Shown here: in pieces, positions 63,008 through 64,000 of the stretch
Numbering within the stretch: position 1 is the first letter of the stretch
How the letters are laid out: every line of letters begins with the position of its first letter
Assembly: GCA_963721015.1 (NCBI GenBank)
Contig: CAVRHM010000002.1
Location: 258,924 to 322,923, forward strand
Reading direction: 5' to 3'
Origin: an uncultured Chloroflexia bacterium
Lineage (GTDB): Bacteria > Chloroflexota > Limnocylindria > Limnocylindrales > CSP1-4
DNA length: 64,000 nucleotides
Notes under the pieces: model-generated
Seen by the model: the letters and a program-made list of their open reading frames with translations, nothing else
Told to the model about the DNA's origin: nothing
Databases searched by the model: none
Position numbers and translations under genes: made by a program

Positions 63008-63876
63008 CCGGGTCCGCGGCGACGGACGCCGCCTTCGAGCTCCCGACCGAGCTGGCCATCGACACGGCGGTCGCGCGGCGGGTGATCGGCGAGTTCATCC
63101 GCGGGCAGCTCCGCCAGGCCGGGTTCGATCGGCTTGTCCTGGGCCTGTCGGGCGGGATCGACTCGGCCCTGGTCGCGTACCTCGCTGCGGAGGCCATCGG
63201 GGCCGAGCGGCTCCTGTGCGTCCTGATGCCCTATCGGACGTCGTCACCCGCGTCGCGCGAAGATGCCGAGGAGGTGGTGCGCCGGCTGGGCTGCGCGTCC
63301 GAGCTCGTCGACATCAGCCCGATGGTCGACGGCTACTTCGGTCCGGCCACCGATGCGTCGCCGTTGCGCCGCGGGAATCTCATGGCCCGGATGCGGATGG
63401 CCGTCCTGTATGACCGGTCGGTGACCTGGGGCGGTCTCGTCGTCGGGACCGGCAACAAGACCGAGTCGCTCATCGGGTACACGACGGTGTTCGGTGACAA
63501 CGCGTGCGCGTTCAACCCGATCGGCGACCTGTACAAGAGCCAGGTCCGTCAGGTCGCCACCGCCCTGGGCGTCCCCGACGCGATCATCCGCAAGGCGCCG
63601 TCGGCCGACCTATGGCCGGGCCAGACCGACGAAGCCGAGAGCGGGTTCAGCTATCCGGAGCTCGATCGTCTGCTGTTCTGGCGGATCGACAAGCGGCGCT
63701 CGGTCGACGAGGTCGTAGCCCTCGGGTTCCCCCGCGAGATGGTCGACCGGGTCGACCGGATGGTCGCCGGGGCGGAGTTCAAGCGCCAGGTGCCGCCTAT
63801 CGCCAAGCTCGGACCGCGGACGGCCGGCGTGGATTACTTGTACCCGCGTCGCCGACCCGGGTCCGCCCGGGAGTGA
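63004..63876 (+). CDS. nadE: NAD+ synthetase (ATP-pyrophosphatase domain)
   Basis: Track ORF 63004..63876, intact. PP-loop LGLSGGIDSALVA, plus GTGNKTE and GDLYKSQVRQVA. Confidence 0.88.
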   Translation: MTGSAATDAAFELPTELAIDTAVARRVIGEFIRGQLRQAGFDRLVLGLSGGIDSALVAYLAAEAIGAERLLCVLMPYRTSSPASREDAEEVVRRLGCASELVDISPMVDGYFGPATDASPLRRGNLMARMRMAVLYDRSVTWGGLVVGTGNKTESLIGYTTVFGDNACAFNPIGDLYKSQVRQVATALGVPDAIIRKAPSADLWPGQTDEAESGFSYPELDRLLFWRIDKRRSVDEVVALGFPREMVDRVDRMVAGAEFKRQVPPIAKLGPRTAGVDYLYPRRRPGSARE

Positions 63877-64000
63877 GCCCGGCGCCCGAGCCGTCGGCGG
63901 GCGGCACGCTGTACGTCGTGGCCACGCCGATCGGGAACCTCGCCGACGTCACGCTCCGGGCCGTCGAGATCCTGGGCTTGGTGCCGCTCATCGCGGCCGA
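63873..64000 (+). CDS. rsmI: 16S rRNA (cytidine1402-2'-O)-methyltransferase RsmI-like tetrapyrrole-methylase family protein (3' end outside window)
   Basis: GTG 63873 overlaps the nadE stop (GTGA). GTLYVVATPIGNLADVTLRAVEILGLVPLIAA is a typical RsmI N-terminus. Only 42 codons lie inside the window. Confidence 0.65.
   Translation, partial: MSPAPEPSAGGTLYVVATPIGNLADVTLRAVEILGLVPLIAA

Overview
Very GC-rich bacterial chromosomal segment (roughly 70% G+C by eye, not computed). It is gene-dense, and I saw no rRNA, CRISPR array, transposase or integrase. Layout: (1) 1-15.8 kb holds a division/cell-wall (dcw) cluster, ftsI-murF-mraY-murD-ftsW-murG-murB-ddl-ftsQ-sbp-ftsA-yjbQ-ftsZ-yggS-yggT-DUF167, ending at tRNA-Val(CAC). 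(2) 16-25.6 kb holds a GntR-linked sugar-acid locus resembling the non-phosphorylative L-fucose/L-fuconate pathway (COG3618-type lactonase, FucD-type dehydratase, SDR, FAH hydrolase, CUT2 ABC transporter), with a translationally coupled LarA-family gene. (3) 25.6-31.4 kb holds a tightly packed minus-strand cluster: two epoxide hydrolases, a quinone-oxidoreductase-like MDR, an orphan NuoB-like Fe-S protein, and a DinB-like/rhodanese/DinB-like triad. It is divergent from a PAS histidine kinase plus two response regulators. (4) Next come a carboxylesterase, a Zn-ribbon adenylate cyclase, an EamA transporter, a Tat-lipoprotein dioxygenase and aconitase. (5) NUDIX-gcvT-gcvH-gcvPA-gcvPB. (6) Two convergent Opp/Dpp-type peptide ABC operons. 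(7) A glutaminase (C-N hydrolase) + NAD synthetase pair, then rsmI. Roughly 25 genes, including ftsA, ftsZ and acnA, are interrupted by small indels that occur in blocks. I read this as most likely a sequence-quality artefact, and I type such genes as pseudogene only in the as-sequenced sense. The most system-like unexplained module is the operon epoxide hydrolase / NuoB-like / DinB-like / rhodanese / DinB-like, together with the adjacent two-component system. All family calls come from reading the translations and from memory of family motifs; no database search was possible.
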